A program made the translations under genes and the position numbers. A DNA stretch of 64,000 bases, taken from Octopus sinensis (taxonomy: Eukaryota). How positions within the stretch are numbered: position 1 is the first letter of the stretch; every line of letters begins with the position of its first letter. Under the pieces are notes generated by a model that had not been told where the DNA came from, did not search any database, and saw only the letters and a program-made list of their open reading frames with translations. Location: assembly GCF_006345805.1 (NCBI RefSeq), contig NC_043003.1:37634001-37698000 (forward strand), read 5' to 3'. Shown one piece after another: positions 48,316 through 60,420 of the stretch.

Positions 48316-49378
48316 TTAGTGTGGAGGTAGTGAAGAAGTGGCTCAAACAACAGTCAACAGAATTGGAGGAGGTAATGATGAAAGGGTTATAGTGAGACAG
48401 ATACAAGAGGAAGAGGAAGTACAAGGTTACCCAGCTGGAGAGAGAAAGATTAGGAATGAAGATAGAAACAGGTGTGCTACCGCAAAGAAAATACATGGTT
48501 GTCCAGCCTGAGACGAGTGCAGGAGAAGGACAGAGAGAGAGAGAGAGAGACTGCAGGAGGGAGATGGTAAAATGCCAGGCATGCTCACACGGAACGGGGA
48601 TCAGAGAATAAATAAGATAGTTGAGTAAAGGAAGAGAGAGATACAGATAGTGGCAAGTGCCAGGGCATACCCTTGAGGTTCAAATGCCATAATATAAGTG
48701 AGAGGATATTGCAAAGGGAGTGTGAGTAAGTGGCAAAAGACTGCTTGCTATTTTCAAAACCAGTGATTTGTTAATTACTGTTTTTTCTTTATCAGTAGAA
48801 GCTTGCAGTTGATAGTGGAGACTTCCTACTGAAAATGTGCAAAGACACAGATATCATGACTTAGCAATTCCACCACCACTGCTGTATACTTTAGCACTAT
48901 ATGTCCATACTAGAATTCTATAATCTTCATCTATATCTCTCGTACAGTAATAACTGGTGTAGTAAGTAGTATTAATGTTCCCCTTGCATTTCCTCTATTG
49001 GTATTGTTGCTTCCACCAAACCTTATCTGGTCATCAAATAATATTCAGTGAGCCTTTGCCTGTATCTATAATTGGCTGACATCAGTGTAGTAACTGCTAC
49101 ATGGGAATGTAAGTAATCCAGGAATTATGCAAAGTCTCCTATTTTTAGCTATAAGACTCTTTGTGAGATGAGGAGAGTGTCAAAAGTTCCTTCTGGCTAC
49201 AAGAAAGTGATGATATTCAAGCCTCTTTTCCCATTTGCCATTCTCATCACTAGAGAGTATGAGTAGCTGTTTTGAAAGTGTATTGGGTGACTGACAACAT
49301 ACTAGCAATATTGTAAACTTGACAACTATATTAACTCATAGTACTGAATTTAACCTCTACGGTGCTACTGGAAAAGGT

Positions 49379-49582
49379 TATTGTGCTTTCTGGCATACAA
49401 GTTGTATTTTTCTGACCAAATTTTACAGCCAAAGAAGGTAGGTCAACATATACAAGATGACTTTGGAGGACCAAAATTCCATGTGAAATGCAGCAGGACT
49501 TGGAAGGATAGTGACGATGTTTGAACATTTACTCTACATATTTACACTATATACTACAACTTGTATGCTGGAAAATACGATA
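49379..49582. mobile_element. Degenerate pogo/Tigger-like MITE
   Basis: Ends TATTGTGCTTTCTGGCATACAAG..CTTGTATGCTGGAAAATACGATA. Confidence 0.5.
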
Positions 49583-49758
49583 TTAGGATATCAGTGTTTG
49601 TGTATTTTGCCTCTTAAATCATTATATGATGTTCATATTGTAACAGAATAATAATAAAATCACCCTCACTACTGCAACTAATACAACCATCATTATAATC
49701 ATTGGCTACTATTTTAATCAGCTCTACTATATATATATGTATCTGGTTTGTTTTCCAG

Positions 49759-49828
49759 TTTAGAGCAACTGCTTCACTCAAGTAGGAAACTTTCTCTACG
49801 TCTATTAACATTCATATCCCATTATCAG
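49759..49828 (+). CDS. FAM91A1: FAM91A1 exon 20 (70 nt, phase 2/0)
   Basis: ttccag|T..CAG|gtaaag; SLEQLLHSSRKLSLRLLTFISHYQ. Confidence 0.95.
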
Positions 49829-51249
49829 GTAAAGTATTCCTTTTTCAGAAATACCTAAACTTTTCTTTAATGATCTCCCTTGTTTTGTTTCTTTGGGTTG
49901 GGAGCATTAGCAAAATTTAATTAGAGTAAAACAAGTTGTGACTCTTTACAGTAAGTTTAATTCCTGCTGAGGTCAACACTGCCTCTCATCCTTCCAAAAT
50001 CAATACAATAAAGTACCAATCAAGGACTGCTCGTTATAATTAACTAACTCCTACCCACCAAAATTTAGGTTTGTACCTGTGTAAGAAACAATTATCAAGT
50101 GGGTTGGTGGGTGGGTAGATTGGCAGAATTGTAAGAGTTTCAAGCAAAAATACCTTGTATTTCTTTTGGTCCTTTACATTATGAGTTTAAATCCTACTGA
50201 AGTTAATGTTGCCTTTCTTCTTTCTGAAGTCGATAAACGAAAGTATCTGTCTAATACTGGAATCAATGGTTTTAACTGCTTCTCCTCAAAAATTGCTGTC
50301 CTTGTGCCTAAACCATAAACAGTTATTGTTAAATATCAGTCATGTCCTGGGATCAATTTAACCAATAAACACCCTCCCTGACCAAAAGGAAATCATTTTT
50401 AATGCTATTGACTTCATGTTTATTTTACTATCTTGACAGCATTTCTCCTCTTTACAAGCATATTGCACATGGTGCACATAATCACTGAATGTGAAAATTT
50501 CTGTGATCACTTTGGTCAAACAAGGCAAATGGTTCCAAGGATGTTCCTTTCTTCATCATACTATACTCCCAAACTCACTTCTATCTTCACCAAACTCTTC
50601 AGGCTTTTCTGCTGATTCCACATCCACATATATAAATGTGTGGTATGCAGCCTCTCTGACTCTGCTAAATTCTGTCTTATTACCCTTATTTTCTCGCAAT
50701 CTTCTGTGAAACTATATCTTGCCATTGAGTAATTTGTTGCTCAAAGGATTGAAGAAGATATTACCTTCTTTGAAAACAGATAAGGGTTGGTAATAGGAAG
50801 ATCATCCAGCTGTAGAGAAACTGGTCTCAAGTTTCATTCCACTTATACAAGCCTGAAGAGGTGGACATTAAAATGATGATGATGATGATGACAACGACAA
50901 TCTCTGAGCTTCTTCTCTTACTCTGTGACCAAAACTTTATGACTAATGATCTCTCAGATAACACTGTACTGTCTTAAATTTGGAAATGACATTATAGATT
51001 ATGTGTCATTTCCATGTTTAAAAAGACAAGATGGTGATGATGGCCAAAAAGCTTATAATCAATAAATCTGTTTGATTAGAGGTAACTTAGGGCTGAACAA
51101 CATCAATAACAGCTGTGACCATATTGCATTCATTTATTTTCTATATTTTACTTCAACCATCAAGCTACAGAAATTGAAGCAACAACAACCTCACCAGTGT
51201 AAAATGACATGTCCTTTATCCATAGATCAGATGATGATATTTCCAAATA

Positions 51250-52280
51250 TTGACATAAGGCCCTAAATTTGTGGGCAAGGATATATATAGCCAGTTAAAT
51301 CAATCCACCACTTGATTTTTTTTTTCACTTTATTAATTCCAGAAGAATGATATATAAAGTTGACTTTGTTCGAATTTAAACTCAGTACATAGAGACCTAA
51401 CTAAATATGACAAGATATTTTGTGCAATGCTCTAATGATTCTGCTGATCCTAATTAACAATTCTTTCTGCTAAAGACACAAAGCTTGAAATTTTGAGGGA
51501 GGGGACTAATCATTTACATTGACCCCAGTGCTCAACTGGTACTTACTTCATTGAACCTGAAAAGATGAAAGGCAAAGTTGACCTTGGTAGAATTTGAACT
51601 CCAAACACAACACCAGATGAAATGCTGCAAAGCATGTTTTTCTGGTGTGCTAATGATTCTGCCAGCTCACTGCCTTCCAGTCTTATTAATAATCCTTTCT
51701 ATCATAGGCACAAAGCTTGGAGTTTTGGGAGAGGGGGCTAAGTCAATTACATTGGTTCCCAAAAGGACGGACGGCAAAGTTATCCTCAACAGAATTTGAA
51801 CTCAGGACATAAATCCAGAAGAAATGCTGCAAAACATTTTGTCTGACATGCTAATGATTTTGCCAGCTAACTGCCTTCTGATCCTAATTAGTAGTAATTG
51901 TTTCTAGCATAGACACAAGATCTAAAATTGTCTGGTACATTATTTTATTGTCCTCAGAACAATGAATGGTAAAGTTAACACCCTGGTGGGATTTGGACTC
52001 AACTTATAGATCAAGAACAGATATTGCAAGGGATTTTGTCTGATACTCTGATTCTGCCAACACCACCCTTAATAATTGTCTCTAATTAGGCACTAGGCCA
52101 GCAATTTTTGAGAGGGGGCAGATTCATTTGTCAACACCCTCGACTCCACTACTTGTTCTGGCACTCTATTTTATCGACCATAGTAGCGTGTAAAGCACAG
52201 TTGACCTTGGAAAGATTTGAACTTGAAATGTACTGAGCCAGAACAAATACTGCAAGGCCTAATGCTCTAATGATTTTTTC
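51250..52280 (-). repeat. Head-to-tail array of five degenerate family G SINEs
   Basis: Recurrent ..AAAGTTGACC..ATTTGAACTC..CTAATGATTCTGC at ~200-bp spacing. Confidence 0.8.
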
Positions 52281-52437
52281 TAATTCTAATAATAACGATC
52301 ATACTAATTATGTTCAATCATAAATTAAATAATTGTTGTTAATTAGTCACAATTTACTTTTATATTAAACTCAAACAGATGTTTTTTTTTTTTTCTTTTG
52401 TGTTTTATTAAAATTCTCTTATTGTAACATGTTGCAG

Positions 52438-52560
52438 GGTAAAAATGGAAGCCAGGATTTAAATGGTTCCACACCAGAAACTGAGTACAAAATATGTTCA
52501 GCACCACGACAGAACCTGGTATTCTCTCAGGGACGCTTAGAAAAGTGGGATGGACGCTGA
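52438..52560 (+). CDS. FAM91A1: FAM91A1 terminal coding exon 21 (123 nt incl. TGA)
   Basis: ttgcag|GGT..CGC TGA; GKNGSQDLNGSTPETEYKICSAPRQNLVFSQGRLEKWDGR*, resembling the P..NLIF..G.L..W.GR C-terminal motif. Confidence 0.93.
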   Translation, partial: GKNGSQDLNGSTPETEYKICSAPRQNLVFSQGRLEKWDGR

Positions 52561-52627
52561 ATTTAACATGTTGATGATTTATGAGGAGGATTATTATTAT
52601 TATATATTTTTCTTTCTGTTATTAGAA

Positions 52628-52633
52628 AATAAA
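52628..52633 (+). terminator. Candidate polyadenylation signal AATAAA for FAM91A1
   Basis: AATAAA ~70 nt after the stop, followed by T/GT-rich sequence; AT-rich context makes chance occurrence plausible. Confidence 0.4.
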
Positions 52634-53289
52634 ATGAAAAAAGTTCTACAAATAATCCATTTTTTGGAAATGTTTCTTGTTTTTCTCTGTTACACATTTC
52701 TGTATTTAGCTTTTTGGTCTTTTGTTATGCTTGTCTACCAAATTCTTGTGTACATGTGCATATAAAAATTTGAAGAGTGTTAAGACAAGGATTTTTTTAA
52801 TGTATTATGAGCTAAAAACTTAAGAAGCAGAATGTGATGTAGTGACATTCATTCACTTCATAAGATAAGTGTGAAGTGATTGAGTCTGCCCATCTAAGGA
52901 GAGAAGGAACTGATACTTTATGGTATCCAGTTGAAGCATCGGTATTCCAAGGTCAACTTTAGCTCTTGGCCCCCTTTGTAACATAGGTCAATAACAGATG
53001 CACTCCTGAGGTTTTCTCTGTGGGCCTCAGACCTTTCTAGAAATTTCTCAAATTTAAAGTAGTTGTGGGCCATTGAGCAGGTGATGGCTTTTACCAAACT
53101 TTTTGCATAATTTTTTTATTTAATATTTGCTTATATAAGCATTGTCAGTGACAGAAATGATGGTGGATATATACAGGAATATTTCTGTATGTAAGATGAT
53201 ATAATATATTTGTGGACCATGGGAAAATGTGGAAAAATTTATATGAAGATGCTGATCTTTGCTGTACAATCAATCACTACTAGTAATTA

Positions 53290-53980
53290 TCATCATTTAA
53301 CATCAACTTTTCCATTTTTGCATGGGTCAGATGGAATTTGTTGAGGTAAATTTTGTACAACTGGGTGCCCTTCCTGTTGCCAAACCTCCCTTGTTTCCAA
53401 GCAAGGTAGATATTTCCCCATGACCAGACATGTTTCATGGAAGACTGGAGATGAACAGCCTCACTTGTATGACAATGCTACACACTTACCACCATCTCAT
53501 GATGTCTAGATATATACCAGAAGGAGAGAGGGAACAGCATTGACATTTCCTCCTCAGTAGAAGTGTTAATACTGTCCACACTGATGAAGAGGATTGTCCT
53601 GCAAGAGCCCTGCACTGGTGCCATGTAAAAAGCACTTGTGCTGGTGTCATGTTAAAAGCTCCCAACACACACTGCAAAGTGGTTGTCATTAGGAAGGGCA
53701 TCTAGTCACAGAAATCAAGCCAAATCAGACTGGAACCTAGTGCGACTCACCTGCTTGCCAGCTCTGGTAAAACTGTCCAACCCATGCCAGCTTGGAAAAC
53801 AGACATTAAAGGATGATGATAATATATATTTGTTTATACATGACTGGCTTCTTCCAATTTCTGTCTACCAAATCCATTCACAAGGCTTTGGTCAGCCCTT
53901 GACTATAGTAGAAGACACTTGCCCAAAGTGTCATGCAGTGTGCTAAACCTGGAACCATGTGGTTGGTATACCTGTGCCTT
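53290..53980. mobile_element. Cluster of D2 tail (-), family C (+, 53600-53820) and D head (-)
   Basis: Homology to copies described above. Confidence 0.75.
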
Positions 53981-54473
53981 ACAGTTACTGCTATTAAAAT
54001 ACCTGTTCCTGCAGGAATATTACTTCACTGGAAAATTTGAATTAAACATTTTAAAAACTTTTTAATGATTTAGTCAGAGAAAGCAAGCAACTATGAGCCT
54101 TTTCCTAGTTCTCCATGATTAATGGAAGGAGCGGAAGAAAGTATCTTCAGGCAAGAGATCTAGTCTGAATGCTTGCAATGGAATGAAATCTGTTAAAGGC
54201 ACTCAAGGACTAAGTAGTGGCCTTAAAGGGATTAGGTTTGTTGCCTAAGAACAGGAACAATCTTCCTGATGAGTATCTGTACAGCTTCTGTCTATTAAAA
54301 TACACTTACTGAGCTTTGATCAATCTGAGACCATGGTAGGATATTTGATATTTGTCCAAGGTGCCTGCATTGGGATTGAACCTGAAACCGCATAGTTGAG
54401 AAGCGAACTTCTAAACCACACAGCCATGCTTGTACCCATGACTCTGCCTTACAACAACACAGTTGTGAATTAT

Positions 54474-54886
54474 GCAAGCATGGCTGTGTGGGTAAGAAGT
54501 CTGCTTCTGAACCATGTGGTTTTAGGTTCAGTTACATTGTGTGATACCTTGGCAAATGTCTTCTTTCATAGCCCCAGGTTGACTGAGGCCTTGTGAGTGG
54601 TTATGGAAGAGAGAGAAACTGAAAGAAGCTTGTCAAGTAGTGTATAGATATGTATGCATAGGTGTATGTGTTTGTATCTCTTTGCTTTGACTTCAGGTGA
54701 TTGATGTAAATGAATGACACTGTGATACAAGCAGTGTCATTCATTTCCAATCTTCTGTGGAAACCTGTCAGGCCATGGGTGACATTTGACAAGAAGGACT
54801 TCCAGCCATAGAAAATCTGCCTCAACAAATTCTGTCTGACCCATGTAAGCATGGAAAAATAGATGTTAAAACGATGAAGATGATGA
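54474..54886 (+). mobile_element. SINE family D2, full length
   Basis: Homology to 34243-34656. Confidence 0.85.
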
Positions 54887-55052
54887 CTGTTCGCTAGCAA
54901 ATAATCTATCTACAATACCAATGCAGATCATCAGTTTTTCCCGATTCCAGCCATAGAAACATGCCAAAGCAAACAAATGGAATTTGGAGCAGTCCTCTGG
55001 TTCATTGCTTCCTCTTCAAACTATACAACCCATGCCAGTATGAAAACAAACA

Positions 55053-55506
55053 TTAACCCTTTAGTATTCAGATGACTCTGTTAAATGTAATATTTTTTTA
55101 CTCAAATTGCTTTGAATTAATCAAGCATTATCTTATAGCTTTGGGGTTTCAATGATGTGATTGCTTATTTTTAGAATGTAAATGTAGGTTAGGTGTGAGA
55201 AGCTAGATATGACCAGTTTGAATATAAAACAAGTAGAATATTTGGGCCAGATATGGCTGGTTTAAACACTAAAGGGTTAGCCCTTTTGCTACCATATTTC
55301 TGTTGAAATGTTCTGTGTTTCTTTCAATTAATTTTAACTATAACAAAGAATCTAGTAAAATAACTTAGTTATTGTTAAGCTAGCGTTAGGAACATAAATT
55401 GTGACTAAGGTTTAGTGGAAGATTTTAATTCAGAACATTTCAAAACAAGACATTTGTACTACAGAGCCAGAGGCGGTTTCAGTCAGGTTGGTATCAAAAG
55501 GGTTAA
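55053..55506 (+). mobile_element. Abutting TTAA MITEs, family F (55057-55276) and family E (55281-55502)
   Basis: TTAA|F|TTAG|E|TTAA. Confidence 0.88.
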
Positions 55507-56129
55507 ACAATGATGATGATGATGATTATCAGAGGTATGCACTTTTAGCATTAAGGTCTTGAAATAGATTTCTAAGCAAAACATTTTATTCTACATAGTT
55601 TCAGTTCATTTAGCTGTTGGGCTTGGGACAAATCATCTAAGAATATTGTTTGAAGTTTACTAATCTTGAGCTAACCATTGATCCTTAGGATTATAACGTA
55701 TTTAGATCTTAAGATGCGTGGTCCTTCGCTATGTAAAACAGTGGGGTGTTTGAGTTGAGTAGGGCTGATTTGACTGCTTTATTGAGTTGGTTGAATGTTG
55801 TATAGAAAACTTCACTGAGGATTATCTTTTTTACCTGTTTCTGTCATTGGATTGTGGCCATGCTAGGGGCACCAGCCTGAAGAATTTTTGTAAAATGAAT
55901 TGACCCCAGGACTTACGTTGTTTTAAGCCTGGAACTGCTAAGTTACAGAGATGTAAACACACCAAGACTGATTGTCAAGCAGTAGTTGGGAGACACACAC
56001 ATACAACAGGCTTCTTTCAGTTTCCGTTTACCAAATTCACTCATAAGGTTTTGTTGATCTGAGGCTATAGTAGGTGCTACACAATAGAATTGAACTTGGA
56101 ACCATGTGGCTGAGAAGCAAACTTCTCAT

Positions 56130-56480
56130 TTGCTAAACATAGAGGGGACAGACAAAGGGATAAGTCGATTACATCGACCCCAGTGCATAACTGGTACTTG
56201 ACCACGAAAGGCTAAGTTGACCTCGGCGGAATTTGAACTCAGAACGTAGCGGCAGACAAAATACCTATTTCTATTTCTTTATTACCCACAAGGGGCTAAA
56301 CACAGAGAGGACAAACGGATTAAGTCGATTATATCGACCCTAGTGCGTAACTGGTACTTATTTAATCAACCCCGAAAGGATGAAAGTTCACCTCGGCAGA
56401 ATTTGAACTCAGAACGTAGCGGCAGACGAAATACCGCTAAGCATTTCGCCTGGCGTGCTATCGATTCTGCCAGCTCGCTG
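56130..56480 (-). mobile_element. Head-to-tail dimer of SINE family A
   Basis: Two successive reverse-complement copies of the 5646 element joined at AAATACC. Confidence 0.85.
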
Positions 56481-58462
56481 CAAACTTCTTACCACACAGC
56501 TACACCTGCCCCTATTTTTATCTTTTTTTTTTACATAGCAATACCCATAACCCTTTACAGATTAGTGGTAGGAAGGAAGTTATACTCAACTGGTATTGGT
56601 TTTCTTATGTCCCCATAACAGAGCAGTTTGGAAAAAAGAGACTGATAGAATAAGTACCATACTTAAAAATAAATATTGGGATTGATTTGTTCAATAAAAC
56701 CTTTTCAAGGAGGTGCCCCAGCATGGCTACAGTCCAATGATTAAAACAAATAACAAATAAAATGACTTGTAATAGAGTAGACTCTTTAAAAGGCATGCAA
56801 ATGCTTAATGGCTGTGTATAACCAGGAGATGGATTGTCTACTCAAGAACAGGAAAGCGTCCTCTGATGTGTTTCCACAATGGCATTTCGTCTGTCTTTGT
56901 GTTCTGAGTTTAAGTTCTGTTGAGGTCAACTTTGCCTCTCATCCTTTCAAAGTCAATAAAATAAGTACCAGTTGAGCACTGGGGTTGATGCAATTGATTT
57001 TCTCTCTCCCATGAAATTACTGGCCTTGTGCCAACATTTGAAACCATTTTCTAGAAAGGCAACACTGTATAAAATAAATTGATGGCCACTTTTTCCATTA
57101 TTCCTAAATAACCTTGAAAAAATTCAATAATGCATACAATTAGTGTGAACAGATCAATGAGGTGGGGGGAAAAGTATAAATTTAATCTCTTCATTGATCA
57201 CTCATCTGTAGGCTTTCAAATTTCTGTTTTGAAAAATTGATGGAGTTGGGAAGCAGAGGACTTTAAACTTAACCACATAATCCTTCTATGTTTGCTTGAC
57301 TTTCTGACTTTGTCATTTGTCTAGTGTTTTAACACCTGTATTTGTGAAAATATGAAACTGAACAGCCAGTAACCCACTTTTCAAGCACGAGATGCCTGTA
57401 TCAATCTCTCACTGGCGCGTTTGTGTGTGCATACATAAATACACATTTACATACCTACATGACTAGTGTGGTTTCCCTTTCTCAAACATGACAAGCCCCT
57501 CTATCACTTTGTTTGCTCAGATCTCATTACACACAAAGTTCAAGTAGATATTTCCATAAGGAATATAAATAAATACAACCGTTAGTGATTCTCTTACCAC
57601 ACACGAATTGTTGCACTTTTATGGTTGTTATTCTTATTTTTCTTTAAAAGAAAACGGTTTGATCTGGAGGGGAAGGCACTTTCCTTTGGCCTTCACACTC
57701 AAATCTAAATTCAGATCAGGTTCAATACAAACAAGTCTGTAAATAAGATATAAATATCTAATAAGAAAGTAGTAACTGCACTAAGGGAATTGTGGTAGGG
57801 ATTATAGGGATGTTAAAGTTCACTTCAAAATGTTATTGATTTGCAACTGAAGTAAAAATAGCAAGCTTTCTCTGCCAATGATTTGTCAATCACATTACTC
57901 TCACCACTACCACTTCTTTCAAAATGAACTATGGATGAAAAGCATGGTTGGGTAGTTAAGAAATTGATAACCTTACAACTGCATAGTTTCAGTTTTAATC
58001 TTGCTGCAAGGTCTACCTTAGCCTTGTACTGACCAAGGCCTTGTGGGAAGAATTTCACCTCCATATATAAAGTAACCACCAGTAAATATACTGCAGTTGG
58101 TTATATGCAACTGAAGCAATTTTAAATGAAAATAGCTGCCTGTATATCATAGAGAGTGTAAATACACCATTGAAAGGCAAATTTACTGTGGTTTTTACCT
58201 AGAGATAACATCTCTTACGGATGTGCTGTGTTTAAAAAGCAATACATAACAAATCTTGCCTAAGTAGGTGGCTGGCTGTGAGTACACAACATTGATAAAT
58301 GCCCCCAACAAAGATGAAATGTATCTGATGTTCTTGCTAGTCATTGCTAAGGTGATTTTTATCTTCCTCCAATATATATTATTGTGCTTTTGAACACTGC
58401 ACAAACATAAGAACTTGTTAACTCTGGATATGAATACTGCAGAAAATTGCTTATCAAAAGTT

Positions 58463-59458
58463 ATCATCATTGTTTAACGTTTGCTTTCCATGCTGGCATG
58501 GGTTGGACAGTTTGACTGAGGACAGACAAGCCAGGAGGCTGTACCAGGCTCCAATCTGATCTGGCAAGGTTTCTACAGCTTGATGCCCTTCCTAACGCCA
58601 ACCACTCTGAGAGTGTAGTGGGTGATTTTTACGTGCTACCGGCACAGGGGACAGTCAAAGGGCACTGGCATTGACCACACTCAAATAGTGTTTTTTACGT
58701 ACCACTGGCATGGGGACCAGTCAGGCGGCACTGGCATTGACCATGCTTGAATGGTGCTTTTTACATGCCACTGGCATGGATGCCAGGCAGGCAGTACTGG
58801 TATTGGCCACAACAACAATTTTACTCGACTCAACAGGTCTTCTCAAGCACAGCATATCATCCAATGAATGAAGAGTATTCTTAAATGGGCCAGTTACACA
58901 ATACTGGCATAGGCCACGGCTTCAATCTCATTTGGCTTGCCAGGTCTTCTCAAGCTCAGCATTTCTCTCCAGGTCTCGGTCTGTCATTGCCTCTGTGAGG
59001 CCCAACGTCTGAAGGTCATGCTTCACCACCTCATTCCAGGTCTTCCTGGGTCTACCTCTTCCACAGATTCCCCCCACTGTTAGGGTGTGACACTTCTTCA
59101 CCCAGCTGTCTTCATCCATACATAACATATGACCATACCAGCACAGTCGTCCCTCTTGCACACCACATCTGATGCTTCTTTTATCCAACTTTTCTCTCAG
59201 TGCGCATCCAGTGGAGCATACTAGCTTCATTTCTTTCAAGCCTACACATGTCCTCAGTAGTCACAGCTCATGTGTCACTGCTTTGTAGCATGGCTGTTCA
59301 CACACAGACATCATACAGTCTACCTTTCACTCTGAGCGAGAGGCCTTTTGACTAGGAATTTCTCCTGCAGCTGTCTTACCAGAAATATAGCATTAGCGGT
59401 GCTTCTCCCTGGCACAAAGCCAAACTGCATCTCATCTAAACTAACTCTCTCCCTAATT
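58463..59458 (-). mobile_element. RTE-clade LINE, 5'-truncated and internally deleted, with tandem-repeat 3' UTR
   Basis: LIRERVSLDEMQFGFVPGRSTANAIFLVRQLQEKF joined to SLRVKGRLYDVCV..RLCWYGHMLCMDEDSWVKKC..GRGRPRKTWNEVVKHDL; 3' UTR with three ~63-bp units and GTTAAACAATGATGAT tail. Confidence 0.92.
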
Positions 59459-59577
59459 AAAGATGACATAAAATGACAAATAGATAGTTATTGTACATTT
59501 AAGTTGTTTTAGTCAACTTTTGTATAATTAGTGTTAATGAGGAGATACCATTGTAAAGGAACAAGGATCTCGATATA

Positions 59578-59930
59578 CTAATTCCATTAGTTCTGCTCCA
59601 ATTACTCTATTTCACTTGTTAAAACAACTCAAACCGGTATATTTCAACTTCTCATTTCTTTTGAGTGATATAATGTCCTTTAAAGCTGATAATACTTGGG
59701 ATTACTACACTTCACAAGAATACTGCAATCTCAGGGGTTTACTACTTATTCTGTCCTTATCTAACTCCATTAGTTTTGCTTAAATTCCACTATTTCACTG
59801 GTTATTTACGTGTATTTCAACTTCTCATTTCTTTTGCCTCTGATATAATGTCTATCAAAGCTGATAATATTTGGGATTACTACACTTCACAAGAATACTA
59901 TAATCACAGGGATTTAGACTTTATTCTGCA
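59578..59930. repeat. Tandem duplication, period ~183 bp, two copies
   Basis: Shared TATTTCAACTTCTCATTTCTTTTG and TTGGGATTACTACACTTCACAAGAATACT. Confidence 0.9.
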
Positions 59931-60057
59931 CATAAATTACAAACAGCATTAAGAAATTTTATTTCAGGATCCACAACATTAGTATCTTGCTTGAAGAAGT
60001 CTGGAAGATACCAATATCAATTGACTGAACCAAAGTTAACATATAACTAGTATTTCA

Positions 60058-60420
60058 ATCATCATCATCATCGTTTAACGTCTGCTTTCCATGCTAGCAT
60101 AGGCTGGACGATTTGACTGAGTGAACCAGATGGCTGCACCAGCCTCCAATCTGATCTGGTAGAGTTTCTACAGCTGGATGCCCTTCCTAATGCCAACCAC
60201 TCTGTGAGTGTAGCGGATGCTTTTACATGCCACTGACATGAGGGCCAGTCAGGGGGTACTGGCAACAGCCTCACTCAAATGGTGCTTTTTATGAGCAACG
60301 GCCTCGCTCGAATGTTTTTTCACATGCCACCAGCACAGGTGCGAGTAAGGCAACACAGTTAACGATCACGCTCGAATGGTGCTTTTTACATGCCACTGAC
60401 ACAAACGTGCCACCAGCACA
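60058..60420 (-). mobile_element. Family C element
   Basis: (CAT)n tail, CATGCTAGCAT, GGATGCCCTTCCTAA and tandem units. Confidence 0.85.

Larger units (their letters stand above)
4745..52560 (+). other. FAM91A1: FAM91A1 gene body (20 coding exons in window, first coding exon absent); Golgi/TGN vesicle-tethering factor of the WDR11-FAM91A1 complex
   Basis: Spliced translation matches FAM91A1 motifs in order ([113 protein letters not shown]); all introns GT-AG with compatible phases; exon lengths sum to 2541 nt. Confidence 0.97.

Noticed and set aside
58269-58352. Possible + strand exon VAGCEYTTLINAPNKDEMYLMFLLVIAK
   Set aside because: Weak splice sites, no homology, isolated.
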